Shown: positions 24,757-38,460 of the stretch, piece by piece
Layout: every line of letters starts with the position of its first letter
Numbering within the stretch: position 1 is the first letter of the stretch
DNA from: Pocillopora damicornis
Taxonomy: Eukaryota
DNA length: 64,000 bases
Direction of reading: 5' to 3'
Assembly (NCBI RefSeq): GCF_003704095.1
Contig: NW_020844410.1
Span: forward strand, 186,001-250,000
Translations under genes and position numbers: made by a program
The notes under the pieces: model-generated
Databases searched by the model: none
What the model saw: only the letters and a program-made list of their open reading frames with translations
Told to the model about the DNA's origin: nothing

Positions 24757-24990
24757 ATCTGAGTTGATAACGTAAATTGGCCGCTATAAAGAGTTTAAAG
24801 CCTGAAGTTTCGAGCGTTAGCCCTTCGTCACCGCGAAGGGCTGTGATGAAGGGCTAACGCTTGAAACGTTAGCTTTTAAATTCTTTACGGTGGGTAAATT
24901 ACGTTTTCTACTCCGTTGGTAATAATAAATTTCCTTGTTATAATCTCCCACCGACGCAGTACCACAGTTTTTTAGAAATTTATCCCCTTT
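24757..24990. mobile_element. Palindromic hammerhead/Penelope-pLTR-like element just 3' of GPCR-6
   Basis: About 70-bp inverted arms centred near 24835 (GTTTCGAGCGTTAGCCCTTCGTCA / TGATGAAGGGCTAACGCTTGAAAC), then the family tail CCCACCGACGCAGTACCACAG...CCCCTTTA. Confidence 0.85.
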
Positions 24991-26481
24991 AGACAGTTGT
25001 TCACTCATCAGTAACCTAAGCATAACGATTGGATATTTCGACAGGGCCGCGAATATCAACATTAACGTGATCATGAAAAATTCAGTTTTTCAATTCTCTT
25101 TTTCTGATTTTCGTTAAGTTAAACCCGGTCCAACTAATCGTGTTTTTCTGGTGTGAATGCGGCCTAATATTTATGAGTGTGATCAGTGTGCTTTAAATAA
25201 AGAAAAACAAAAAAAACAGACAAAAACAAAATAGTTTTTGAGGAATGTACAGGTTTCTGCTTTTTAGTGAACAAGAGTCTAATTGTTAAAAAAATATGTT
25301 TTTGTTGTTGCAGATTCGATCATTTCTTTGTAAACTTTATTGTAATTCTTAAGTTTTCGGAATATAATCTCCCATTAGTTAGTTCATCGCCGTAATAATC
25401 TGCGAGTATCGCGAGTAAACTTTCGCTGACATGCTTGCGATAAGCAGCTGTGCTATCGTTGGAAAACGATTTCCCACGGTTTAGGTCATAAGTGTCCTAA
25501 ATAGTGTCGATTGGTGTATGGCGCTGAAATAAAAAAATTAATATCAAGTGCTTTTGTAAATTTTTTTTTGATGTCCTTGCAATTATCATTGAAAGCAAAA
25601 GAGAAAAAGAAACGTTGGACAACTCTATTTTGTTGATTCTATGCAGATGGTTTCAATTTCTTCAGACAAAATTTAAATTTTGAGCGGAAATGTGTGATCT
25701 GGTTTTGATAATTTTTTTTAATACAGAGTACTCTTCTAAACACAGAAATTTCAATAGCAAGGCAATTCTATTTCTAAAAAATTAAAGCAATACCTTTTTA
25801 TTGCGCTTTTTTTTCAGTGGAAGTGAAACGGGCAATATTGCACTGTAATCCTTGTGTGCCATATATGACGTTTGTATCCCACTTTTCATGACTAGTAAGC
25901 GAATACAAAGTAAACTCTGTTGACAGGTACAGGAAAACTCTAATCCATAAGTGGAGAATAATTTCCCAAAGTTTTCCTTAATAATCTTGGTTAGTGAAGA
26001 GAATTAGAATATTGAGTATTAAGGTTAATGATTTGTTCAATTCATCTCAAAATGTTTTTCATATTAGTGGTAAAAAGTTGTTAGCAATGATATCATTTGC
26101 TGGTATAAGGATATAGAGCAGGGAATTCTTTTTGACAATTAACGGTGGTTTTTTTCTTTTTTCTTGGCACGTCCGCAGGTGCCCCGTTAACTCTATGGGT
26201 CGGGATTAGCGATTCGATTTTTTTCCTGCCACAAATGTTTATTTCTTAACGGAAGCGTGCGGGTTTACATCAAACGCAAACTTTTCGTGACATATTTACA
26301 CTACATGCTTTTCATGTGTCTACATAAAAGAACACTTTGTGATTAAGTCTCAATTTCACGCGAAAATGATTATAACTTCTCTGTATTTAAACTCGGATAG
26401 AGTCAATTTCTGAAGCTCATTTGGTTTATAAAAAAAAAAAGAAAATAAGTTTAGGAGACGTGAGCCTCTTTTGACAAGAAG

Positions 26482-28398
26482 ATGGTCATCGAGTTTGAAT
26501 CAACTCATGTAGTGATCACTGCCGTCTTCTTACTACTTGTCGTTGTGGACATCGCCGGCAATACACTTGTTTGTTTGATTATAAAAAGGCATCTTCAAAC
26601 GAGGTGTGTGCAGAATGTAAGAATACGGAAACAAGTCCATTTACTCCTAGATTTTAGAAATGCAGGTTGAGAGGTCGTCTTTCTTACAGTTCCATCCATG
26701 TACCTTTTTTTCATTAAGAATTAAAACTATCGTATGCACAGCTTTTTGAACACGCTTTTTTTTTTGAAGAATCACCATAAATTACCTTCTTGTGAACCTG
26801 GCTGTCTCCGATATTCTGTTCGCAACCTTTATTACACCAAAGGTTATCGTCAGCCTCAATCTAAGGCAGCCAAATGGAGTGGCAGGTTTAGTCCTTTGCA
26901 AACTGCTGACTGGAGGGAATCTGGCTTGGATTCCCGGAATTACCTCAGTTTTTACTTTGGTGGCGATCTCCTTTGAAAGATATTACACCGTGGTTTATCC
27001 GCTTGATCCAAATAGAAAACTGACCCAGCATAAACTGAAGGTAAGTTGAAGGCAAAGTGACCATTAGTGGCTCAGTATGATTCAGTAAATAGTGACTTCA
27101 CTTTTTTGAAGACCGGTTACGTAATAAGACCTTATAGTAGTTTCAAGCAACGAATCAGAGAGAAGGCAGCACAGAGTATGTGGACAAAGGGAAAGAATCT
27201 TTCACCCATTCCCATGAGCACGCAATCATTTATCTAAAAGGACCAAACTTGGAAAATAAAAGATATTGACGTTTTTATTTCATTATTTTGCAGATAATTG
27301 TTCTTTGCTCGTGGGCATTTTCAGCAGTTTTTAACTTGCCCAAGTTTCTTACGCGAACATTTGATGAACAGAAAAACCATTGTATTCAAAGCTGGCCTAA
27401 AACGTGGATGATTACAACATACTGTTTGGCATGGCTGTTGTTAGTTATTGCTTCGGCTGTTATCATGATTGCACTTTACTCCAAAGTCGTCTACACTTTG
27501 TGGTTTAAGTCTAATGACAACAATCCTTTAAACCATAAACAACAAGTAGGTTCTAATTGCAGTTTTCTGATGGTTATTTTTTTCATGCATAGAGCATACC
27601 CCTAACTAAGGCTTTTTTGCTGGCAAACCTGATCGAGGGTACTATTTTAAACTTACTGTTAAAGCCTTGGCAAGAAAATAGTTGCCCTCAGCTTTTAGTC
27701 ATGTTTTACTCAAGGAAACTGTTTGCCAAATGTAGATACCTCACTTTTTTCATCTGTGGGTAGGCAAAAATATGCGAAGAAATTAAAAAGGAAGGATCAT
27801 TGGTAAACGTTCAGCTTGAACGTACATATACTTAATTTTGCTTAAGACATACTTTATGAACAATTAAATGCTTGTTACGGAACAGTCAAAAGACAAGTTA
27901 AAGCTAAAAAAAGAAAGATGAAATTCTCCTCTCTTGTCAATCTCCATCTAATTATTTTCTCAACTTTGAGACAAAATTTTTCACCGAAAGTGAAACCTTG
28001 AAGGAATTATCGAGAATATTTTTGTTTTCCTTTTAAATGACGATCTTATAAAAGCCCATTTGCTGAATGGTATGTTTATTTCTTTTCTCAATTTCCAGAG
28101 TGTGCTGAGGGTTCGAAAACGCGTCACTCTGATGGTCATAACGGTCAGTTTCATCTTTGCAGTTTGTTGGGGAACCGAATCAATCGAATACGTTTTAAGA
28201 TTTCTCACATCTCTCGAAATCAGCTTTGTTCAAATAACTATTGTTGACATGATGGTTTTGTTCAATTCAGCTGTAAATCCCTTTGTGTATGCCCTCCTGA
28301 ATCATCATTTCAGGCAGAAGATCAAGGGAGTGATGTGTTGCACACGCCTCGTGGCGCCCAGGCCGCGGGCTGAAACAGCTCTGGAGACTAAGCTTTAA
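26482..28398 (+). CDS. GPCR-7: class A GPCR, about 314 aa, intact
   Basis: Exons 26482-26603, 26770-27040, 27294-27545, 28099-28398. Motifs NLAVSD, ERY, CWGTES, NSAVNPFVY. Confidence 0.93.
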
Positions 28399-31300
28399 TT
28401 CAATATACAATTAACCTTGACCTATTCATGTTTTGAACGCATGTAAGATTGTTTTTTATAATTATTATTTCAAACATTGCGGACCTACAGGGAAAGTCTG
28501 ACCGGTATATTGTGAATGAGCCCCAGAAATCTATCAACTATTGTTTTAACGGGCTTCAAAACTAAGCCAAAAGGGTTTGTATACCTATATGCATGCCCTG
28601 GATCTTGTACTTTAAACGAATATTTTACAGTTTATCGTTCAATACTGCTTTATGTGAAGTTTATCCTAGGTTTCACTACTTTACAGGGTTTTTCACGGAT
28701 TTTAGCCCAACATCGGAAGTTGATGCCAACTACTTATTCACATTTTAGCTCTATTTGCTTAGAGTTTGAGGTGAAATTGGCATATATTTTCTAAATGTGT
28801 TAAGTGGGAAGTGACGAAAGGCATAGTATTTCTAAAGGTACAAGGAAAAGTGTATCGAAACAAAATCGATCATAAGGTAGATACTGTCAATTTAAAAACG
28901 TTTTACACGCATGAAGCTCTTGGCTTTCTGTCTTGCGCAGCAAAAAATATCTTTTGCAGTTGTTTTACTCATATGTAAGCTGCATCGTATTCTTTTAGTT
29001 CAGCTTTGCAAGCGATCATCACTCCGTAAATTAAACGGTTGAAGCCGTTTTTTTGCATCAACTCTTACCAAATTCTTCCTCCTCTTGTTTGAGACAAACT
29101 GAATGGATCGATTTGGTTTTTGACAACTGGAAATGTGCTTCTTCCTTTCCTTTATTCCTTTATCCTCTTTCGTTTACTTTTCACCTTATCTTTTTTATTG
29201 TCTGCTGTTACTGCTAAGCTATGTCGGATGACATAATGAGTCTCCAGCACCTTAGTTATGTGCAAAAACCTGTTACATCCTTTAATTGTTAAATGTCTCA
29301 TTGTCCCGATGCAGAACCTCTCTTTAAGTGTCTGAAATTTTTTAGCTTGTTTTGACTGGCAAAGGGAATTTTTATTTATATTTTGTGAAGATGAGGACTT
29401 TTTCGTGCAGTTTCCGTATGTATATTAAAACAAAGAGGTAGGCAGTACATAGATGTGTTTTCTGTTACAGTGGCATGGTGTTGAAACTAAACATTGTAAG
29501 GGACTTTGTTTCTTCAAGGATCACAAGATCTTTTTAACGTTAATTCTAGATGGTTCGCAGCTTTGGCAACTTTCCAAAATTAATTCCTTCCGTGATGCTG
29601 TTCTATCGATATTTTTTCAAGACTTCCTTAGAGCACATTTGATGATGTCAAATTGAAAATAGAAAATCCCAATAACTGAACAATAAAATAATTTCTCGAA
29701 CAAAACTCATTGAGGTAGATTACGACTAGATGCTTCCTAAAATGGTTTTATCGATAGAAATATTTGTGTCGATTAAGCTTACTAACTTGCAGCATTTTCT
29801 CATTAATAATTCGAAATAAAACTTACTTGAAACGCGATGCAAGTTGTTACCTAGCTCGATATTTACCGCTTGAACACAAATTTTTAAGGATACTTCCCAC
29901 CTTCGCGGTGTCCTTTCGGGAAAAAAATTCGTACACACGCTAGTTTCACTAAAATCTTAGCAAACTGTATATCAGAAGAAACCTTAATAACTGCAGTTTA
30001 CGATAAAAATATTATTTAAGCGACTTATCTTTTAAGGAAGTGTCAGGAGCCGGTATGGCGTGAAACGACCGGTTCTCGGTTCTCCCGCAGCACGAGTAAA
30101 ATGGCTGCGTAGTCTTATTCACAAGTTATCAATCAACAAAAGTGTTTCAGGCTTTTTGGATATGCTAATTGGCTGTCTAGATATCGGCGTCTAGATATCG
30201 GCATCTAAAGTTGGAGTAGCTAAAAATATGTGAGGCGTGTTACGTACATGGACGTCATTGGGAAAATATTTCAAATATCAAAATTTCCCGACACACTTTC
30301 GTTTGTCATTACTTCTGGAATATAATGTTTAGGGATAATTTGACGAGAATCGGACAAATCTGTATGCCCTATAAATTCGTTCAAAGTGGTTGTATTCCGC
30401 CCAAAATCAAATGCGAGATTTTAGCTCATAGCAAAGGTTCGCAAACAACTCGCCAAGTCAGGAGATTATCTCGCCTCCTGAAACTGCAAACCAATGGGAC
30501 AACGGGACCTCCTGGCGTCAATGACGATGGATCAAGATTTCCTAGGAAAAAGAACCCATTGCAGAAACGTTTTTTTCCTTTTTCTTTTTTTTTTCCATCT
30601 CGATCGCTCAGTGGAGCGATGAGGAGGACAACACAATCATGACCAAAGTTGCCAAAAGCAAAGGAAAAACCCGTGGCAAAAATGGAAAAAGACTGGAAAA
30701 TGTGCTGAGGAGCTAGACAGTGAATCGACAGACAGCTTTCAGAATTAAGATTCGAGGCGGCTGTTAATGTTTTTGTATCAAGGCTTGCATAAAGAAAAGG
30801 AAATCTCGTTTTAACATTATGTTTGAGAGAAATAATCCGAAAGGTGAGGCATGATTATCCACAAAACACCGTAAGCAAGATGCAGATAATCTGTCTCCAA
30901 CCATATCTTTTAAAATCGTATTATTGTGTTAAGCAACAGCGCGCTGAAAACAGCCTTCGCAAGAAAAATGAAAAAGCTCCGTTTATGTTGAAAGGAGCAA
31001 TGACTCGCTTTTAATGCACCTTGACAAATCTTGTCGGAAAATTACTTCGTAAGTCAGATATTCAGCTTTAATCCTACGTTCTTTTCCAAACGTTCTCAAA
31101 GATTTGCGTCTGGGTAAATTTAGTGTACACTCGCTTCGACATATTGCATCGGATAATGTATGAGACTACCACCCGCTGAATCCATTTATTTTGAAGTTTA
31201 TGTCAATAATGACCATGATGTCTGCTTTTGAGATTAAATTACATGCTAATAGCAAACAATTAGTCTACTGAGCAAGACTTTTCGTTGTATGATTTCTAAC

Positions 31301-32495
31301 GCTTCAGCCATATGGTGTTCGTTTCCTCAAGTTTTCTCCAGATCAGGTAAGTGCAACACCTCCTCGTTCTTGATTCGGCATGTGCAAAATTCTGCTTTCT
31401 TTACATGTCGGTAATATCTATATTTGTCTCAAGCTCTTTCTTTCACTTCCTTATTATTGTTTTGCATGAAGCATTTAAGATATTAAGGCAAAAAGTGATA
31501 GATAACCGGTCATGAAATTACGATATGGACACCTCATTGGATTAACGATACCTGCTTATGTGCGCCTTTACATATATCACCTCGTTTTGTGAACTATTGT
31601 CACTTTTCTCATCGAAATTTTACACATGTAGCCGGGAAAATTTACAAATCGCATCGGACTTTTCTGAGAAGTCGTCATCGTCGCTATCTGAACGTTCGAG
31701 TCCAGATAGCAGTTTTTTACAATAGCCCCTGTATGTGCAACATTGTAACCCACATATCAACGGCCTGGCCCGTTTTGATTGTATCATCTCTAAGCGAAGA
31801 TTCTTGTCATTACACTTTCATTAATCTTATTCATGTTTTTAGAGCTAGGCGTAAATTGGTATCGCATGATGTTATTCGTTTGAAAGAGTTGAAGTAATTT
31901 CCCGTTGTTCAGCCAAAAGTCTTTTGTTTTAGAAGTGGAAGCCATCGTTGAATTGGATAGATCCTTAACGGATTTCACTAGATTAATTGATTTCAAGATA
32001 ACGCTATTTCGATTTTTAACAGGTGAGACGTTCCTAGTTCTATTTAATGATATGATTAAAATGTTGTGATAATCTTGTGACGTTTGCATCTTAGTGAATA
32101 GAACTTAGATCAGTTGTATCTGTATTTCTGTCGGACAGATAGTACAAAACCCGATAAAAGTATAGCAAATGTTGACTTCAATAAAGCATCGCGATATATG
32201 TCTCTTTATCTCGTTATTTATTTCGTTTCTTATTCTACTTCCGCTTAATTTTTGGTTGAACTTTGAAAGCTGAAAGGTTTTTAGTTCTCAGACCGTCCTC
32301 ATTTATAGCGAAGTGATCGTGTCCATTCTCGAAAAGGCACCAAAAATGAAACTTAAAGAACATGATGTGGGTTGCTTGCAACATGCCAACTTAGCTTTCG
32401 TTTACTTGCGAACATGAAATAACAAAAAAAAAAACCGAATGATATGGCTGCATGTGTTGATAATTTTTTGGCAGAGAACTAACTCTTGAGTCACT

Positions 32496-34760
32496 ATGGT
32501 CAAGTACGAGGTTTCTTCCATCGTGATTACCACTGTGCTCTTGATCCTGGTCGTTTTGGTCGTCACAGGCAATATAGTTGTTTGTTTGATTATCAAGAGA
32601 AATCGACAAATGAGGTAAGTCGCCGGTAATGATAGATCAGTCCAGTTGGTGCGTTTTTATTTTTTTTGGTATAATTAGATTGAGACCGTTGCTTGTAGAT
32701 TTCTTGCTTGCTTATATATTTTAAAATCTAGCATCATCATTATCATCATGTCTACCTTTTTTTGACTCCAAAGGACTCCCATAAATTATTTACTCATGAA
32801 CCTGGCTGTCTCCGATATTCTGTTTGCGACGTTTATTACAACAAAACTTATTTTCGGCTTGAATTTGAGCCACCCAGAGGGAGCAGTAGGTTCCATCCTG
32901 TGCAAGTTGGTGACTGGCGGAAATTTTGCTTGGATTGCTGGAGTTTCTTCAATTGTTACTTTGGTTACGGTTGCCGTCGAAAGATATTATACTGTAGTAT
33001 ATCCAATGGATCCAAATAGAAAAATGACTAAGCGTAAACTGAAGGTGAGTTGTTAATAAATTGGTGGCACACTGGAGGAGGGTGGTTGCCCCTCAGCTTA
33101 ACTGACTTTTGTACTATTACGACGTGTTTTTTTTCCTATTCCCGTATACTATCGTTACGTTCTTCTCGTAAGCTTGCCAATGCCACTTGATATCTGGAGA
33201 AATGATTGTGCGTATACAGGCTACGAAAACTGACTAGGCTCATGAAAGGAATCATCGTGGGGAAATGAAAAGGAACTCGTGTAAAAGCGAGATGAAAATT
33301 AATAAGTTTCCCAGATCAGCAGAAGTAGCGCCGGAAATTTGGCGCCAGTGAAAAATGCAATTTATTCGTGAGAGCACTTGCGTGCAAAGAAGTGACTCAT
33401 TAAACAAGAAACTTTTATATATTTTTCGTTGTTATTCATTCTCAAAAACACTCACTCGCACTTTTTGCTTTCACTTACCTTTCTAGGTGATCCTTTTTTG
33501 TTCTTGGATATTCTCGGTGATTTTTAACATACCTCTATTTCTTGCCCGTACTTATGAGAGGAAAGATGGGACAAATCATTGTGTGCTAAGCTGGCCTGAA
33601 AAATGGATGTCCACAGCCAGTTGTTTATCATGGGTGTTCTTGATTGTGACAGCTATTGGTTTGATGATTACTCTTTACTCTCAAGTCGTATGCTCTTTAT
33701 GGTTGAAACCAAAGAGTTGCTTTCCTTTAAGCTTTGAACAACAAGTAAGGGCTTAAGTCAAAACTTAATTTCTCTAATTCTACATGGCATAAAGCCGCTT
33801 TAAAAATGAATGGCGAAAAATTCCAAGAAAATCTCGTGCCACTCTCCCAACGGTTTGTTTTACCTTTAAGTTCTCATCTTTAACATTTTTCGTGACATTT
33901 CCCCTTCACTAATAGTGCAAGGTATTTTTCTTCGGTTTTGTTCCAATGATACTCAGACGGAACGGACAAAATTTTGGCGGTGCGTGTACGCTATTTGCAA
34001 TTCGCACTCGTGTAACAACTTTGCATTCGTGTTACATGAAAAATGCAATCGTTTTCAGCCAATCAGACGCGGGTATTTTTTTTACGTATATTACTATTCG
34101 TTATAACTAACCTCGGGAACTAAAACGTTTTACTCCTCATTTTGATCAGATGATCCACATCTCGGTGACCTTTTTTAGGCATTTCTTGATAATCGATAGC
34201 CCAATTGTAGTCTTTCTTCTATGCCATCACCTTCAATAAAAATATGTAAGATACTATTTTGAACGAAACCTAGATTAAATGAAAACTTCCGGCGTCCAAG
34301 ACAGGACTAGTAAAAGTAGGAAATCTCTCATAGATCACACGTTCACTTGCTTTGATTTTTGCAGAAAAGAAGTCTTGACGAGAAATGAAGAAATCGATTG
34401 TCAAAATTTTTTTAGAATGACTATGTTTGTCTTCTTTATTTACAGGGTGTGATCAGGGTGCGAAAACGTATCACTTTCATGGTTATAACAGTCAGTGTCA
34501 TTTTCGCAGTTTGTTGGGGACCAGAGTCGGTTGAATACGTCTTAAGGAATTCTACCACCCTTCAAGTGACGTTCGTACACATTGCCATTGTCGACATATT
34601 GGTGTTGTTCAATTCAGCTGTCAACCCTTTCCTGTATGCCCTCCTGAACCATCAGTTCAGACAAGAGATCAGGAGAGTGATTTTCGGCACACGCATAGCA
34701 GCACCTAGGCCAAGAGCTAAAACCAACGAGAAAAGTACTACCGTGGAGACTAAACTTTAG
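32496..34760 (+). CDS. GPCR-8: class A GPCR, about 320 aa, intact
   Basis: Exons 32496-32614, 32774-33044, 33487-33744, 34446-34760. Motifs NLAVSD, ERY, CWGPES, NSAVNPFLY. Confidence 0.92.
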
Positions 34761-35337
34761 TTGGTTGCGTAGTTGACTTAATCGATTTAAAAATAGACAT
34801 TTGTCACAAGGAGGAGTGTCTTAGAGCTAGAGATTACTTGTAAATTAAACAAATTAATTGTGGTAGTGTTTGTATCCTTAGGATACCTCGCAATCGCTAA
34901 ATGGTATGTGGAATGCACACATCAGCTTAGAGGTCATCTTGAAAATTAAGAGCTTGATCAAGCACTTTTAAATATTTACCTGAGTATGATTTTTCTGTCG
35001 TTTCTCTTCTTTTAAGACGAACAATAGTAACGCAGAAATATTACCAGGAATTATTAAATGCATGTGTACGTGCACATTCTGTGACGGATACATGTTTGAT
35101 ATTCAATTAAAGTAACACATTTCCAATCGAAAAAGTTTTAAAATTTAGCAGCAAAGACTTTCGAAGTTTCCAATCAGAAGTACTACTAGTTGAAATTGTG
35201 ACAGAATTCGCTGGTAAGCTACGCACACACATGAACCACGACCATGGTTAGATTTTGTTTAAAAACTAGTCACGGAATATTTATCCATATTGATTCGAAA
35301 CCTGTAAGAAAGGTTTCGTAATCTGGGACATTGACTG

Positions 35338-35505
35338 TGAATACATGTGAACTATATACGTGAACTTCGGTTTGAGAAATTAACAAGAAAGCGATCTTCG
35401 CAGTTATAAACACTACTTAAGCAGTAATGAAAGTAAGGCATGAAAAAATTCAGTGCACGGGATTTGAACATGTTACCTCTGCAGTACCAGTGCAGTACTC
35501 AACCA
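35338..35505 (-). mobile_element. tRNA-derived SINE/tandem-repeat fragment
   Basis: GCACGGGATTTGAACATG...ACCTCTGC...TACTCAACCA is the reverse complement of a degenerate tRNA-like head (B box GTTCAAATCC). A related piece lies at 37125-37215. Confidence 0.6.
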
Positions 35506-35509
35506 CGTG

Positions 35510-35604
35510 TCGTCCATTGTCACTATGATTGTGTTATACTCTCAGGTCATTTCATCTCGTGGTGTGATCCTAATGTCGGTAATTTATTAAACTATAAACA
35601 ACAA
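35510..35604 (+). pseudogene. Orphan GPCR exon-3 3' relic
   Basis: SIVTMIVLYSQVI..(frameshift)..WCDPNVGNLLNYKQQ|GTGAGT, homologous to the end of exon 3 in GPCR-7/12/13. Confidence 0.75.
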
Positions 35605-36235
35605 GTGAGTTTTTTGATCATCATTATTTTTTTCAAAAACGAAATGGCATCATAAACCCATTCTGACCTAGCCTTTGAGCTTAGACACTTTTCAGAAACT
35701 TCTGAGTGTAGATATGGAAAATTGAAAGACAGTTTCACATTTCAGGATTAGATTTACAAACCAGAGTTGTCAAATGAATCCTTCAATAGGGATGCCTTCG
35801 ATCTCAAACTGTAATGAAATGTCTCACAGAAATGTCTCACCGCCGAATCCCCCCCTCCCTCCTTAAACAAATTTTTTTTATCATAAGGCCTGAAAGAAGT
35901 CACGATTTGTGAGGGTGTGTTGAGGCTGCGTTTGGCTGATCAAGATATCCCTCGGAGGCTCTTAGTTTGCCCATCTAACTTTAGAGAAATCTCAACAAAG
36001 AGAACCTTAGTGGACGCCTTTTGTTGCTAGGACCTAAAATATCTGCTGTAAAAAGGAACCTGTCTTAACGGATAACCTTACCATTTGGTCGCGGAAGTCA
36101 GATTAGAGCCCTTCTGTTATTCGAAAAGTTAACATAACGGACACCTCAAGAGTTTTTGCTGTTGATTTAATATCTGATATTTCAAGAAAACTGTACCGTT
36201 TCAAAACCGTTACCAGATAGCTTGTTAATCAATAT

Positions 36236-36920
36236 TAGGGACTTTAAGATTGCCGACTACGTTTGGCTACGACGGTTAGATGTGTCTTCGGTAGACTGGG
36301 TCGAGTACCGTTAAAGGGCGCGAAAGTTTAACGCTTGTTGTCCTTTAAGATTTTGCCGACGGACAGAAGACGGTGGTTAACTTGTCAATCAATTCCCCAT
36401 TCGCTCTCAACGTCCAGCAGCCGAGCAGGGTTTTTAAACGCTCCGTGTCTGGCAATAAAATTTTTTTACAAACTCTTCTTGGAAAGAGCTTTCAAAATTC
36501 TTAGAGTATCAGATGTTTCTATAGAAATGTCAAGCGATTTCAAAAATTATTTTGGTTTTTAGTTGACCAATTTTCTGAGCTTGTGATTACACATACGATT
36601 CTATGATATACACAAGCTCGGGAAAATTTGTCCTCTTAAAGGGCATCGTAAATTTTGGAATCGCTTGGCATTTCTAAAAAAAATAATCGAGCACTTGCAT
36701 TGGGTTTGCATGGGGTATTCTCTGAGAATTTGGAGAATATTTTTGACTACCGGCACGGTCTCGATAGACTAGGTCAGAAATGTTTTGTAAGTGTCGAAAA
36801 ACTTGCCATTTTACATTGTGCTCAAGCTTAGAAAATTCCTCCACATAAAACCCAAATTAAGTTTTAAAATCGCTTGACATTTAAAATAAAACATCTAATA
36901 CTCTTACGATATTTGAAAGA
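36236..36920. mobile_element. MITE/foldback-like composite with nested inverted repeats
   Basis: Starts TAGGGACTTTAAGAT. Inverted arms 36491-36582 / 36823-36918, with an inner hairpin GAGCTTGTG...CACAAGCTC (36577-36619). Confidence 0.6.
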
Positions 36921-37199
36921 ACATTTCAGGAGGCGAACCAAAAGCTTGTGACACGCAGACAAAGAGAAGCAGTTGATGTTCTACCCTATTAAAAACCGAT
37001 TACTGAAAACAGAAAACACAAACAGGAACTATGTTGCTAGTCCAAACCAAGGCCAGGAGAGAAACCCAAACAAGAACACCACTAGTAAAACCCAAACAGA
37101 AACTATGTTGTTCCTAATGAATATAGAATCGATCTTCGCAGTTATAAACACTACTGATCTAGTAGTTCAAATCCCGTACAGACCTAATTTTTTTCAGCC

Positions 37200-37857
37200 T
37201 TATTTCAACTACTAGTTCAGTTCAAATAAGCTTCTACCTAAAGTACACAAACTGGACAAACCCGCTTCACCAGACAACAACTCGAAACTTTGAGGATCGA
37301 TTCTATATTCGTTCTCGTATTCAACGTGTCTGAGCAAAATGTAAATTGGTAATGCACAATATTGTTTGTTTTAAAGGTTTAGAGTAATTTCCTGCTATTT
37401 GGCCTCAGGTTTACTGCGAAGTGGAAGCTTTGAATCGATTGGAACTTATCCAGATTTGTCTGAGTTAATTAGTTTTAACACCACTCCGTTTTAACATAAA
37501 CAGGTGAGCCATTCTAAGTTATCTTATTTCAACTACTAGTTCAGTTGAAATAAGGCGTGAAAAAAAAAATTACAACTACTGTACATGAAGCTGCTAACTA
37601 AAGTACACAATCTGGTCAAACCCGCTTCACCAGAAATCTCTAAACTGCGAGGATCGATTCTATATTCGTTCTCGTATTCAATGTGTCTGAGCAAAATGTA
37701 AATTGGTAATGCACAATTTTGTTTGTTTCTAAGGTTAAAATTAATTTCCCGCTATTTGGCCTCAGGTTAAATGGAACTTATCCAGATTTGTCTGAGTAAA
37801 TTAGTTTTAACACTACTCCGTCTAAACTTAAACGGGTGAGCCATTCTAAATTATCTT
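37200..37857 (+). repeat. Direct tandem duplication of about 325 bp
   Basis: 37200-37524 and 37525-37857 both start TATTTCAACTACTAGTTCAGTT and end GAGCCATTCTAARTTATCT. Confidence 0.9.
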
Positions 37858-37956
37858 TTTAAGATATTGCTAAAAATGGTGCGGTAATCTGGTAATGTTT
37901 ATATTTTAGGAATGGTCATCAGTCGGTTGTTACCGAGTGAATAGAATATAGTTCAG

Positions 37957-38108
37957 GCCCCGGTTGTTCGAAGGTTGGATCAGAGCGCTATCCACTGGAT
38001 AAAACTCTATCTGGTGCATAACGCTATACTGGATAGCTATACTGGATCGCTGGATAGCGATTTATACGTTGGATAGCATTTATTTAACGCCCTTTATACA
38101 ACTAAACC
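37957..38108. mobile_element. MITE (PIF/Harbinger-like, 3-bp TSD CAG)
   Basis: GCCCCGGTTGTTCGAAGG...CTTTATACAACTAAACC flanked by CAG. The paralogous empty site upstream of GPCR-8 (about 32111) has a single CAG. Confidence 0.75.
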
Positions 38109-38460
38109 CAGCTGTATTTGCCAGCAGCGAAGTAGACGGATTTTGTAAAACGTAATGAACACAGACCTCATGTCGAATTCGATGAAACGTTTCGATATGA
38201 ACCTTTCTTTTGGAAACAGACAATTTAATTGGCTTCGAAAGTTTAAACGTTTTCATATCTTGGAGCGTCTCTCCTTTTGTAATTGAAGTGGTCTTGTATT
38301 CCTATACTTGGTACTGAAATTGAGACCTGTCGTGATGCAGCTTGCTTAAGACGCGCTTAATGAGCGTTCGTTTCCTTTGTGAACATGTCACGATAATAAA
38401 GATTGATATAGCTGCATGCTGTTGATGATATTCAGGCTGAGAACCAACTCTTGAGTCACA

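Noticed and set aside
35440-35505. tRNA gene
   Set aside because: Degenerate, with no complete cloverleaf; it is part of a tRNA-derived repeat.
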